This document shows positions 1 through 9,500 of a stretch of 64,000 nt of DNA, one piece after another. A model generated the notes under the pieces. It was not told where the DNA came from and did no database searches. It saw only the letters and a list, made by a program, of their open reading frames with translations. Origin of the DNA: a virus (Duplodnaviria > Caudoviricetes); IMG/VR virus record IMGVR_UViG_3300018089_000001, positions 64,001-128,000 of that record, one strand, 5' to 3'. The position numbers and the translations under genes were made by a program. Each line of letters opens with the position of its first letter. The stretch's first letter is position 1.

Positions 1-358
1 ATTTGGCAAGCCGTCCGCGGCTGATATCATCGGGCACACACGTTAGACACCAACGCTGCGTGTTTGAAGTGGGACGAAAAATCTCAGCACAGTGCTCGCA
101 ACGAAGTTCAGAAAAGATTCGACACGCGCGTTTGCGGCCGAGCGAGACCAGAGTTTGCTCACGCACCCTAAACGCTTCGGTGGGCGCGAAGGTCCGATTC
201 ATGAAATTCTTCATTTCATGGGGTGTGACCTCGATCCCGGCGCGCGCAGCGAACATCTGCAATTCAGTCGCCGATTTCCCTGCGCAGTACAATCTCTCGA
301 GGTCAGGCTGGATCTCGCTCAGTCGATTTCTGCTTGCTTTTCTTGAAGTGTCGTCCAA
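1..358 (-). CDS. Partial Zn-finger protein, probable homing (HNH/EndoVII-type) endonuclease N-terminus; runs off the window edge
   Basis: My translation (not in the ORF track): TTG at 358 after GGGGA, open to position 2: MDDTSRK...CEHCAEIFRPTSNTQRWCLTC...RGRLAK. Lower GC than neighbours; overlaps the HD gene by 40 nt. Confidence 0.55.
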   Translation of the reverse strand, partial: MDDTSRKASRNRLSEIQPDLERLYCAGKSATELQMFAARAGIEVTPHEMKNFMNRTFAPTEAFRVREQTLVSLGRKRACRIFSELRCEHCAEIFRPTSNTQRWCLTCVPDDISRGRLAK

Positions 359-951
359 AGGTCCCCCATATGGACGATCACAGCGAGGTGCGGCTCCTTG
401 AGCCGGTAATCCTTGTTTCGATCGACGTATTGGCCATCCGCGAGCATCAACGCGAGGTACTCGTCGTGATCCAGCGTGATCCCCTGCTGCTGTAGAGTAA
501 ACAGGGTCCGCTGCGAAACGTCCATGTGTGGGCAATTAGGGTTCACCTCGTAAAACTCGCCCCTTTTTCGCTTCCATTCTTCGTTGACTTCACGATAATA
601 TTCAAGACCGGGGCTGCCCGCCTTCCCGAAGTCATGGAAAAGTCCGCAGAAGGTCAGCGTCGGAAGGGCCCACCTGCCCGGAGCTAGTGCCTGGGCGATC
701 TTCAGGACGTTCGTCACCACCGTGAGGGAGTGGGCGACCAGGCCACACGGGTAGGCGTTGTGGTGGGCCCGACGCGTCGAGGCCGGCGCCGTCATGAACT
801 GCTCGCCCATCGGGCCGTCGAGCATCGCCCGGACCCTCGCCCGCCTCGGCTCGGGAAAGCCGTCGACGATGTTGGTGACGGCCCGGTGATACTCATCCAG
901 CCGCCTGGTCCCCTGGGACCAGTACTCATCCGCAGTCATTCGCTCGCTCAT
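319..951 (-). CDS. HD-domain phosphohydrolase (YhaM-like)
   Basis: Motifs APAS..HHNAY..GLVAHS, FHDFGKAG, VHMGD. Start placed at ATG 951 (TGATG coupling); the ORF extends to 1014. Confidence 0.85.
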   Translation of the reverse strand: MSERMTADEYWSQGTRRLDEYHRAVTNIVDGFPEPRRARVRAMLDGPMGEQFMTAPASTRRAHHNAYPCGLVAHSLTVVTNVLKIAQALAPGRWALPTLTFCGLFHDFGKAGSPGLEYYREVNEEWKRKRGEFYEVNPNCPHMDVSQRTLFTLQQQGITLDHDEYLALMLADGQYVDRNKDYRLKEPHLAVIVHMGDLWTTLQEKQAEID

Positions 952-1163
952 CACATCCATCCCCTTCGCTTCTTGCGTCGCATCCTCTGCTGGCGTTTGA
1001 ACTTCCGATACCACGGAAGGAGTGATCCGTAGGCGGCCCTCAGCTCGGTGTCTAGACCCGAGGACCGGCAGCTCCGGCAGATGCAGACCGCCAGGGGCCC
1101 GTCGGGCGTCATGATGTGTACGGTGACCTCGGGAGGGGCCACCTCGATCTCATCGGCTGCCAT
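951..1163 (-). CDS. Small basic hypothetical protein (70 aa, CxCxxC)
   Basis: MAADEIEV...CICRSC...RKFKRQQRMRRKKRR; fills the gap between the polymerase and HD genes with coupled ends. Confidence 0.55.
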   Translation of the reverse strand: MAADEIEVAPPEVTVHIMTPDGPLAVCICRSCRSSGLDTELRAAYGSLLPWYRKFKRQQRMRRKKRRGWM

Positions 1164-2193
1164 TCTTCGCTTCCTCGTAGCTGGTTCCGATCGAGACGCC
1201 CACCCGGTAGGGGACGCCGATCCTCTGGGACGCTCCCTCCTCGAGGGCCTTGGCCACCACGGCCAGCGCGTCCGAGTGTGTCTCAGAATAATCCAGGGCC
1301 AGCTCGTCGTGGACGGTGAAGAGGGGCACGACGTGGTCGCCGGCCAGCAGCGGAAGGGCCCGCGCCAGCGCGGCGCGAAAGGCCAGCGCGGACTGGGCCT
1401 GCACCCGCCGGCCGGCCTCCCCCTGCGGCATCCTCCGTAGGAAGTCCAACTCGGGAAAGTGGTAGGAGAACTTCCGCTCGAGCGACGAGTGGCCGCCGTA
1501 GGCGTAGACGAAGGTCTCGCGCTTGACCTCGTCCCGAACCTCGGGGGGAGGCACCGCCCCGTAGAGCGTGGCGGCCGTGTGGAAGTGGAGGTCCTCCTGG
1601 CCCACGTACCGCGCCGCGAGGCCGGGAACGACGGAGACCATCGAGCAGAGGTCCATCGCCCGGAAGTCCAGGACTGCGATCCGACGGCACGCGGCCCGGG
1701 GGACCACCCTCCAACGGTCATCGGGACCGAGCGAGAGCGGGTTGAAGGTCCAGTCCGCGACCCGGACTGGCTCGGTCCCGAATCGACCGGTGACCGTCCC
1801 CCTGAGGCGCCAGCGAACATGCAGAAGACCCCGTCCCTTCACCTGGATCCCGCGGACCCGGGCCAATTCGAGGACTAGCCCCGCGCGGGTCCAGTCGACG
1901 AGGTCCCGCACCCCGGTCTCGAACAGCAGCTCCCGGGCCGCGGCGGCTCGCCTCAGCTCGCGGGCCTTCTCCCACACCCAGTCAGGAGCCAGGGCGTGGA
2001 CGCAGGACCAGCCGGTCTCCAGCTCGGACCTCCGGAACGGGGCGAGCAGCTCGGCCGCCGGGTCGACCTCGTAGATCGGGCCGAGCGCGACGACGACCGG
2101 CCTGTCCCGGAGCGCCAGGGAGAGGGCGGGAATGAACGAGTCGTCCAGCGCGTGGTAGACCTGCGTCCCGTCCTGGAGCTCGACGATCCTCAC
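1150..2193 (-). CDS. Compact family A DNA polymerase (polymerase domain only, ~347 aa)
   Basis: TVTGRF; motif A IAVLDFRAMDL; motif B RDEVKRETFVYAYGG; motif C TVHDEL. GTG 2193 overlaps the upstream TGA. Confidence 0.8.
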   Translation of the reverse strand: MRIVELQDGTQVYHALDDSFIPALSLALRDRPVVVALGPIYEVDPAAELLAPFRRSELETGWSCVHALAPDWVWEKARELRRAAAARELLFETGVRDLVDWTRAGLVLELARVRGIQVKGRGLLHVRWRLRGTVTGRFGTEPVRVADWTFNPLSLGPDDRWRVVPRAACRRIAVLDFRAMDLCSMVSVVPGLAARYVGQEDLHFHTAATLYGAVPPPEVRDEVKRETFVYAYGGHSSLERKFSYHFPELDFLRRMPQGEAGRRVQAQSALAFRAALARALPLLAGDHVVPLFTVHDELALDYSETHSDALAVVAKALEEGASQRIGVPYRVGVSIGTSYEEAKNGSR

Positions 2194-2393
2194 GGGGGGT
2201 CCTTGAGCACGCGAAGCACCCAGGATCGCTCCTCGGGACGACGGGCGGCGTCCTCGCGACAGAGACGCGCGGCCTCGTCGAGGGGGGTCCCGTCGAAGGA
2301 ACCGGAGGTCAGCGGGACCAGGACGCGTGAGGAGGTGAAGTTCCCGACGACGTCGAGACGCACCCGAACGAATCTCTCGAGGTAGAGCGGCAC
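2190..2393 (-). CDS. Hypothetical protein (67 aa)
   Basis: Lies between a candidate promoter and the polymerase; GTGA coupling to the polymerase. Confidence 0.55.
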   Translation of the reverse strand: MPLYLERFVRVRLDVVGNFTSSRVLVPLTSGSFDGTPLDEAARLCREDAARRPEERSWVLRVLKDPP

Positions 2394-2402
2394 GGCGTGA
2401 AC

Positions 2403-2411
2403 ATCGTATCA
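2403..2411 (-). promoter_or_regulatory. Candidate extended -10 promoter (TGn-TACGAT)
   Basis: Minus strand TGATACGAT, 9 nt before GTG 2393, at the structural/non-structural boundary. Confidence 0.4.
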
Positions 2412-4151
2412 CTTCTCCTGACGGAGGCGTCGCGCCCGCTCGTTCGCCGTCTCAATCTCCTGGTCGGTGAGGCGACGGCGGGTGTTGAGGGGATCGACGC
2501 CCTCGGAGATGAGGCGGAACTTCGAGGTGAACCGCCCGGGCTCGACTGTGTCCGTCTTCTCCAGGACGTGGAAGACGCCGCTGATCGACGGCGATCGGAA
2601 GAACTCGACCCAGATGAGGGCAAACGACTCGAGGACGAAGTTCCCGTACATTGTGACCTCGCCCTCCAGGATCGAGGCCGGGACGATCTCCCGGGCCCCC
2701 GCCTGGCCCCGTCGGGACTCCACGTCAGGCATCGCCGTCGACTGGACGCGGTCCTTGCGGTCCCGGTACGCGGAGTCGACCTGGATGGCCTGGAGCAGGG
2801 CGTCCGGTTGCATCTCGAAGCTGGCGTCTAGGACCAGCGAGCCGGCCACGCCGAACTCCAGCACGGGAACGTCCTTGGCCCGGAGGACCCGCATGACGTT
2901 GTCGCGGGTCTGCTGGGCGAGGGGGAGCCGGTCGGAGTCGGTGAAGACGTCCGTGACCAGCTTGCGGTCGTAGATCGAGAGCACGAGCGTCACCGACCCG
3001 TCCCGGTTCCGGACGGTGTCCGCCCTCATGACAATCTCAGGCTTCGCCCGCCCCCCCGTCTGGTCGGGACCCCAGGCCTCCGCGGCGTTCGCCAGGCCGA
3101 TGAGGATCGAGATGAAGTTGTGGAGGAGCATCGAGCGTCCCGCCGCGAAGTGCGCCGAGAGCAGCTCCCGGAGCCTGGAGGCGGGGACGAGCAGGTCGCC
3201 GATCGAGCGGCCGGACATGTCCCGCCCCCCGTACCCGTCGGACTGCCGACCCGCCCGCCTGTTGAAGTTCGCGAGCAGGAGCTGGGTCGGCGGACTTCCG
3301 GAGTAACCGAAGCCGCGGGCGGCCGCGTCGACCATGGGGGCGACGACCGCGTCCAGGACGTCCCCGAGCACGTACATGTTCCCCCGACCCTGAGCGAGCT
3401 GGGGGGTCAGTCCGTCGAGAAGCAGCTTCAGGCGCTGGGCGTTGGAGGAGTCGTCCTCGCGGACGGGCTCCCTGAAGCGGAAGCGCGGGCCGAAGGCGGA
3501 GTCCACGACGTCAGAGAAGCGGGACTCGCGCAGGGCGATGTCCCCGTTCTCCAGGGCATGCACCGCCACGTCCACCTCGCCGGTCTGTCGGAGGTGGAGG
3601 GTGTACCGGGCGACGACCAGCAGGACCGTCTGGGTGGACTTGACCGCGAGCCCCCGCTCGGTGACGTGCCCCGTCCCGTTGAAGAGATCGTTCGGCACCA
3701 GCGTCGGGTCGGCGGACCAGCCGTACTCCAGGGAGAAGGAGTTGCCCTCCTCAAGGAGCTCCCGCCACGGGACCCGGGAGGCCCGGTCGAAGACGAGCTC
3801 CGGGCGGTGGACCACGAAGTTCAGGGTCACCTCGCGGAAGAGCATCAGGCCGTACGAGAGCTTCGAGTCCACCGTCAGGGACTGGAGCGACACGAGGGCC
3901 CGCTCGCGAAACGTCTCCTGGTCCACCCCGAAGTCGTCCCCGGCGGCGCCGAACTGCGGGGTCTGGACGAGGTCGAACATGAGCGGGCGGGCGTCCTCCG
4001 CGGGCCTACCGGACCGGGAGTCGATCTTCAGGATCCTGATGAGAGGGACGCACGCGCCGATCTGCTCGGAAGTGATCGACTGCAGGAGCAGCATCGGCTC
4101 CTGCGAGGCGCCGGCGAACGGGTTGACGTCCGGACCGCGACGGAATGGCAT
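2409..4151 (-). CDS. Baseplate hub-like tail protein
   Basis: Synteny (tape measure, tube initiator, LysM, hub); LEYGWS motif; C-terminal SGVFHVLEKTDTVEPGRFTSKF beta pattern; ATG 4151 coupled. Confidence 0.6.
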   Translation of the reverse strand: MPFRRGPDVNPFAGASQEPMLLLQSITSEQIGACVPLIRILKIDSRSGRPAEDARPLMFDLVQTPQFGAAGDDFGVDQETFRERALVSLQSLTVDSKLSYGLMLFREVTLNFVVHRPELVFDRASRVPWRELLEEGNSFSLEYGWSADPTLVPNDLFNGTGHVTERGLAVKSTQTVLLVVARYTLHLRQTGEVDVAVHALENGDIALRESRFSDVVDSAFGPRFRFREPVREDDSSNAQRLKLLLDGLTPQLAQGRGNMYVLGDVLDAVVAPMVDAAARGFGYSGSPPTQLLLANFNRRAGRQSDGYGGRDMSGRSIGDLLVPASRLRELLSAHFAAGRSMLLHNFISILIGLANAAEAWGPDQTGGRAKPEIVMRADTVRNRDGSVTLVLSIYDRKLVTDVFTDSDRLPLAQQTRDNVMRVLRAKDVPVLEFGVAGSLVLDASFEMQPDALLQAIQVDSAYRDRKDRVQSTAMPDVESRRGQAGAREIVPASILEGEVTMYGNFVLESFALIWVEFFRSPSISGVFHVLEKTDTVEPGRFTSKFRLISEGVDPLNTRRRLTDQEIETANERARRLRQEK

Positions 4152-4249
4152 CAGAGTTTCCCTCTCAAGACCCACCACGCATAGACGAGCAGGATTGAAG
4201 CGAGGAGCGCCTCAGCTAGAATGAACAGGACCCAGGAGGCAGTGATCAC
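4151..4249 (-). CDS. 32-aa single-pass membrane peptide
   Basis: MITASWVLFILAEALLASILLVYAWWVLRGKL; GTGA overlap upstream and TGATG overlap downstream. Confidence 0.55.
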   Translation of the reverse strand: MITASWVLFILAEALLASILLVYAWWVLRGKL

Positions 4250-4548
4250 CGCTGCACCTTGCTCAGAATGGACCGATAGTCGCTCGGGACACGCATCCTC
4301 ATCCCAGGCCTGAGTGAGAACGGGTCCAGGACCCGGTTCGCCAGGGCGATCACCCACCAGTAGTCGGAATCGCCGTAGTACCTGTGCGCCAGGGTGTCCA
4401 GACGTTCACCCGCCGAGAGGACGTGCTCGAGCGTCTCGACGCCGTCGAGCACGTCCGGCCCCAGGGGGTCCCGGGAGGTCGGGTCGGGCCACGTCGCGTA
4501 ATGGTTGCCGTCCACGACCTCACCGCCCGCGTACCTGCTGCGTCCCAT
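4246..4548 (-). CDS. LysM / tail protein X-like baseplate wedge component (gp53-like)
   Basis: GERLDTLAHRYYGDSDYWWVIALAN...LRPGMRMRVP LysM pattern. Confidence 0.85.
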   Translation of the reverse strand: MGRSRYAGGEVVDGNHYATWPDPTSRDPLGPDVLDGVETLEHVLSAGERLDTLAHRYYGDSDYWWVIALANRVLDPFSLRPGMRMRVPSDYRSILSKVQR

Positions 4549-4551
4549 GCG

Positions 4552-6531
4552 TCACCTCCTCGGCTCGCCGAACTTGGAGAACCTCCCGGGGAGCGGCGAG
4601 GCCCCCTCGGGAGTGCCGTTGGCCCGTGGGTCGGTCGGTCCGTTGGCCAGGTTCGTGTCCCGGTCCGGCGCCGGGCCGCCGGGAGGCAGCTGGATGACCC
4701 CGAACACCCCGTTGAGGATGCCCACGGGGCCCTCGTGAAGCGCCAGGAAGTCCACGGAGACCCGGAACGACCGCGGGACCTTCATCCCACGCTTGAGCTC
4801 CCAGAGGGCGTCGGCGAAATCGAAGCCGAGGCTCCGGATGACCCCCGGGAGGCCACCGGACTCCGTGGAGACCGCGTCCCCGATGCGCAGGCGGGTCACC
4901 GGACCCGAACGGATGAGCCCGTCCTCCCCGTAGCTCGGGTAGCACATCGAGGCGAGCAGGACCATCTTGTTGTACATCGTCCGCACGTCCTCCGGGGCGA
5001 AGGCGTGCACGTCGAACTGCAGGGTGACCGTCCGGGAGGTCTTCTGGTACCCGACGACGGGGTCGACGCGGCCGAAGGTCGATGCCTCGGCCCACTCGGG
5101 GCTGAAGCCGGCGCTGAACTGGAGGTTCAGGGGTCGGAAGTAGACGGAGCGGTAGGAGTTCCTCGCCGGGTCCTTCCGGAGGTCGGTGAAGGAGAGCGGG
5201 ACGCGGGCGTCGTCGTCGTCGACGACCTCCGAGGGGTCCTCTGTCCTCGAGAGGACGCTCCCGTCGAGCTCCTCGCCGGGCACGGTGACCCGCACCACGC
5301 CGTCGAGGGCGTTCGAGGAGGCGAGGCGCCCGGAGAGGGCGTTCGTGACCCCGCTGGAGGCCTTCGCCTTGACCAGGGCCCGCGCGCCCTGCGAGCCGTC
5401 CGCAGCACGGGGCTGGAAGTACGCGGTGGCGTCGAACCGGAGGACCCCGCCGTCCCTTTTCAGGAAGTCTCCGCCCCCCGGGCTCTCGGTGAGACCCGGG
5501 ACGGCCGCGTCGACCATCGAGTCGACGGTGAACGCCTGTCCGTCGCGAAGGGTGTTCTCGGGGCCGTACACGTCGGGTCTGTCCGACTTCCCGTCGCCCC
5601 CGGGACGCAGAGGGTTGGCGGCCACGGCGGCCTGGAGGACCCCGTCGCGGACCAGCGCGACCGACTTCATGGTCACCCCCAGCTCGGTGTCGGCCGCGCC
5701 GTGGACGTGACCGGCCGCGCCGGGGACAAGGAGCTTGAAGAAGTACGTCGGGTCAAAGATCCGCGCGGCCACCGGGTTCATCCCATACAGCGCGGTCTGC
5801 TCCGCGACGAAGCGGGCGATGCCGGCGGACCCGACGGAGGCCGTGTAGTCCCTGAACCAACGCGCGAGTGCCGTCGGATCCAGCGCCCCTCCCCCGGGAC
5901 CGGCCGCGGTGACCGGATCGACCTCGACCAGCGACTGCAGGAAGCTCCCGAGCTGGCCGTCGAACCTCCGGACCGCGGCGACGATCTGCTGGATGGTCGG
6001 AGTGCCGCCGGGGGCCCCGGGGATCTGCACCGCGGGCAGGTCCGGGAACGTCGGGACGGGGAAAGGGGCGGCCGGCGGCGCGTCCGGCGTCACCGCGACG
6101 GCGAAGGGGGCCCCCGGCGGCACATCGGGGATGACCGGGACCGACACGGGCTGCCCGGGCCCCCGATCGGGGCGAACCTCAACCGTGACCGGGTCCGCCG
6201 GAGGAGCGTCGGGACTGATCCCGACGGGGACGGGGTCCCTCGGGGGAGCGTTGGGGACCACCGGGACGTCGAACGGGACGCGGGGAGCGCGGTCCGGTGA
6301 GATCGGGACAGGAACGGGGTCCCGCGGCGGGGCATCGGGGAAGGTGGGGACGGGGAACGGGTCGGAGGGACCCCTGTCCGGGGACGTCGGCACGTCGAAC
6401 GGCGCGGCGGGAGGCCCGTCCGGGAAGACGGGCACGTCGAAGGGCTCGCTGGGCGGGCGGTCGGGCGAGACGGGGACCTCGAATGGCTCCGCGGGCAGGC
6501 GGTCGGGATTGGTGTCGGGTGCGTCGGCCAT
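4552..6531 (-). CDS. Tail tube initiator/baseplate protein with N-terminal Pro-rich repeats
   Basis: C-terminal FSPEWAEASTFGRVDPVVGYQKTSRTVTLQF...CYPSY...RLRIGD...PGVIRSL...WE...VP pattern; directly follows the tape measure gene. Confidence 0.7.
   Translation of the reverse strand: MADAPDTNPDRLPAEPFEVPVSPDRPPSEPFDVPVFPDGPPAAPFDVPTSPDRGPSDPFPVPTFPDAPPRDPVPVPISPDRAPRVPFDVPVVPNAPPRDPVPVGISPDAPPADPVTVEVRPDRGPGQPVSVPVIPDVPPGAPFAVAVTPDAPPAAPFPVPTFPDLPAVQIPGAPGGTPTIQQIVAAVRRFDGQLGSFLQSLVEVDPVTAAGPGGGALDPTALARWFRDYTASVGSAGIARFVAEQTALYGMNPVAARIFDPTYFFKLLVPGAAGHVHGAADTELGVTMKSVALVRDGVLQAAVAANPLRPGGDGKSDRPDVYGPENTLRDGQAFTVDSMVDAAVPGLTESPGGGDFLKRDGGVLRFDATAYFQPRAADGSQGARALVKAKASSGVTNALSGRLASSNALDGVVRVTVPGEELDGSVLSRTEDPSEVVDDDDARVPLSFTDLRKDPARNSYRSVYFRPLNLQFSAGFSPEWAEASTFGRVDPVVGYQKTSRTVTLQFDVHAFAPEDVRTMYNKMVLLASMCYPSYGEDGLIRSGPVTRLRIGDAVSTESGGLPGVIRSLGFDFADALWELKRGMKVPRSFRVSVDFLALHEGPVGILNGVFGVIQLPPGGPAPDRDTNLANGPTDPRANGTPEGASPLPGRFSKFGEPRR
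6046..6507 (-). repeat. 11 tandem 42-bp (14-aa) coding repeats, consensus PDxxPxxPFxVPxx
   Basis: Units from PDRLPAEPFEVPVS and PDRPPSEPFDVPVF through PDAPPAAPFPVPTF, with no indels. Confidence 0.9.
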
Positions 6532-6534
6532 GAT

Positions 6535-9500
6535 TCAGTGCCTCCCGGTGACGGCGTTCCGCACGAGCGCCCGCCCCACACGCTGGCCGTCGAGATTGAC
6601 GGTCAGGTTGATGTTCTGCTGGGTGGCGTACGACGCCTGGGGTGCCGGAGAGGGGTTCAGGAGGTTCAATTCGGGCGGGACCTGCACCGGCGCGTACGGG
6701 GAAGGGATCGGGGACGCCGTGGACTCGGCCCTCGTCGCCGAGGCGAGTCCCTGGAGGTTCGTCCCCTCGGCGATTAGGCCGAGTGCGTACGGGTCATTCC
6801 CCAGGATCGAGCGGCCGGACTTGACGAAGTCCACGAGCTGCTGGTCCAGGGACTTCCCGACCTCCTCCTGGCCCCTCTGGAAGGACAGGAAGCCCGCGTC
6901 GGACATGACGGCGCGTCGGAGCTCGATGACCGTCTGCTGGCGCAGGAAGTCCGTCTGGAGGCCGATCAGCCTCTTCTGGTCCTTCGTGTTCTGGAGGTCG
7001 AGCCTGTCGATCTTGGCCTCGAGCTCGAGGCGCTTCCGCTCGTCGGCGGTGATCCCGCCCATCGCGTTCAACATCGAGCCGGGGAGCGCCGCGGCGCGGA
7101 GGATGCCCTCTGCGCTCGCGCCGGCGGGGAGACGGTCGAGGCGGGAGGCCCCGCGCTCGACGGCGCCGCCGGCCTCCTCGAGCTGCTGCTTCGCGACCTT
7201 GAGCTCCTCCTGACGGAGCTTCGTGGTCAGCTCGAGGGCCTCCTTCTGGCGGGACAGCGAGCTGACCTGGAGGCGGTCCATCTCGACGTCGGCGGCCCGC
7301 TTCGTCGCGTCGCGGAGCTTGTCCAGCTCCGCCTCGTAGGCGCTCGATCCCGCGAGAAGGGTGTCCAGCTGCTCCTTGGTGAGCCTGCCGCCGACCCCGA
7401 GTCCTTCGAGGATCCGCCGCACGTCGCGGGCGCTCCTCCCGAACATGCCCAGCTCGTCGGCGCGCTCACGGAGCATGTCGGCCTCCTGCTGGTTTAGGGT
7501 GACTAGGTGGCCCTGGGACTTCGCCGCGGCCTGCTGCATCGAGACCAGCAGGTCGTTGCTGGCCCTCCTCTGCCTGTCGGCCGCCTCCTCGTGGGCCTGC
7601 ACGGCCTCGAGGACGCCGGTGAACTCCTCACGGCGCCTCGTCTCGGCCTTCATGGCGGCGTCGAGGTCGTCGTGGGCCCGCTCGACCTCGCTCCGCGGCT
7701 TCCGGGTCGTGACGTCGACGATGTGCTCGATTAGCTTGCCCAGCAGCCCGCCGGCGACGCCACCGAGCAGCATGCCGGCCGGACCGAAGGCGCCGCCGAC
7801 GAGCGAGCCCAACCCGGCGCCGATGCCAGCGCCCGTCCCCCCGAGTGCAGCTCCGGCGGCCCCGAGGGCCGCGGCCCCGCCGACCCTCCCGACTCCCCTC
7901 AGGACGGAACCCCGACCGAGCGCCGAGAGCGCCGAGCCCCCCACTCCCTTACCGGCGAGCATGTTGATCCCCCCGAGGGCGTTGAAGCCCCTCAGGGCGA
8001 GCCACGAGACGGCGATCGCGCCCATGTGCTTCGACAGCTCCATGAGGACGTCGATCAGCGTCCGGAACTTCGGAATGGCGAACGTCACGACGTCGCGGAC
8101 GGTGACGTAGAAGCGCTTGATCCCGTCGGCCATGTCCCCGATGAGCTTGGCCGCCCCGCCGGACTCAACGAAGTCCCTGAGCGCGGCGCCGGCGCGCCGG
8201 AGGTCGACCGCGAGCTGCTCCATGAAGGACTGCCACTTGCGGTTGCGGGCCAGCGAGTTGAAGAAGTCCTCGACGGTCCTCGTCACGGACTCCATGACCT
8301 CGCCAAAGCTCCTGAACCCCTTCTCCCCCCTCCCGGCGAGCCCGATGACCTTGAGGACGGGCTGGATGGAGTTGGCGATCGCCACCGTGACCCGATCGAA
8401 GGCCGCGCCGAACGCGTACATCGTCTGGGCGGTCGCCCGGAGCTGCTTCTCCATCAGGCGCTTGCCGTCGAGCTCGTCCTTCTCGCGGCGGGCGGCCTTG
8501 GCCTGGAACTCCGCGTACGACTCGTTGGCATGCTGGGAGCTCAGGAGCGCGGCGGTCTGGTCCTCGGTGAGCTTGAGGGTCTCGCTGAGGTACCGGCGCT
8601 GCTTGGGCGTCAGGCGGTCGAAGGTCGTGCCCTGGGCCAGGAACTGCTGCCGGATCATCTCCAGGCGCTTGGCCGGGTCGTCCTCCAACATGAGGTCCAT
8701 GGAGTTGATCATGGTCCCGAACGCCACGTTCAGCCGCGAGGCCGTCTTGGCCGCCTCGTCGAACATGTCGAGTCCCTCGACCGCCCCCTTCAGCTGGGAG
8801 ATCGTGATCGTGTACTTGCGGGCCCAGGCGGCGCCCTGGACGAACGTGCGCTGGCCCTCCTTCCCGAAGCGGGCGAGGTAGGTGCTCGCCTCCATGACGT
8901 CCTTCGCGAGGAGGTTCGTCGGTATCCGGGCGGTGTTGGCCCCCTTGACCAGGGCCCCCATCGTCTCGGCCGCGTCGTCGCCGGTGTCGCCGATGTTCTG
9001 GAGGACCTTCGTCAGCTGGCCGGCCCCGGAGCCTCCGAGGTTGAAGCCGCGGGCGAGCTGGAGGCCGAAGCGGGCGAACTGGTCACCCTGCTCCACGGTC
9101 CGTCCGATCGCCTCGGTGAACTCACCGAAGGCCTCGATGCCCTCCTCGATCCCGCCGTTCGTCAGTCCCCGGATGGTGGAGGACCAGGCGGTGGCGGCCT
9201 TCGTGGCCCCCCGGAGGCCCGCGGTCGTCCCGCCGATCCTCATGTTGAACGCGCCGACGGCGCGGGTCCACCGCTCCTGGAGCTCATAGACCCGCTTCAT
9301 CGAGTCGATCACGAACTCCAGGCTGAGCGCCAGGAGCGCACTGTTGAAGGCGACCAGGCCCTTGGTGACCCGCCCGAGCCCCCTCTCGAGGGCCTGGAAA
9401 GGCATCTGGCGGAGCTCCATGCGGAGGTCCCGGACGCTCTTCTGCGCCTCCTTGATGTTGGCGTTGAGGCGCAGCCAGGACTGGTCGCTGAGCGCGCTGG

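Noticed and set aside
6046-6507. 42-bp periodic array as a CRISPR array or DGR repeat
   Set aside because: In-frame coding repeat with degenerate DNA; no constant repeat/spacer structure and no cas or reverse transcriptase gene in the window.
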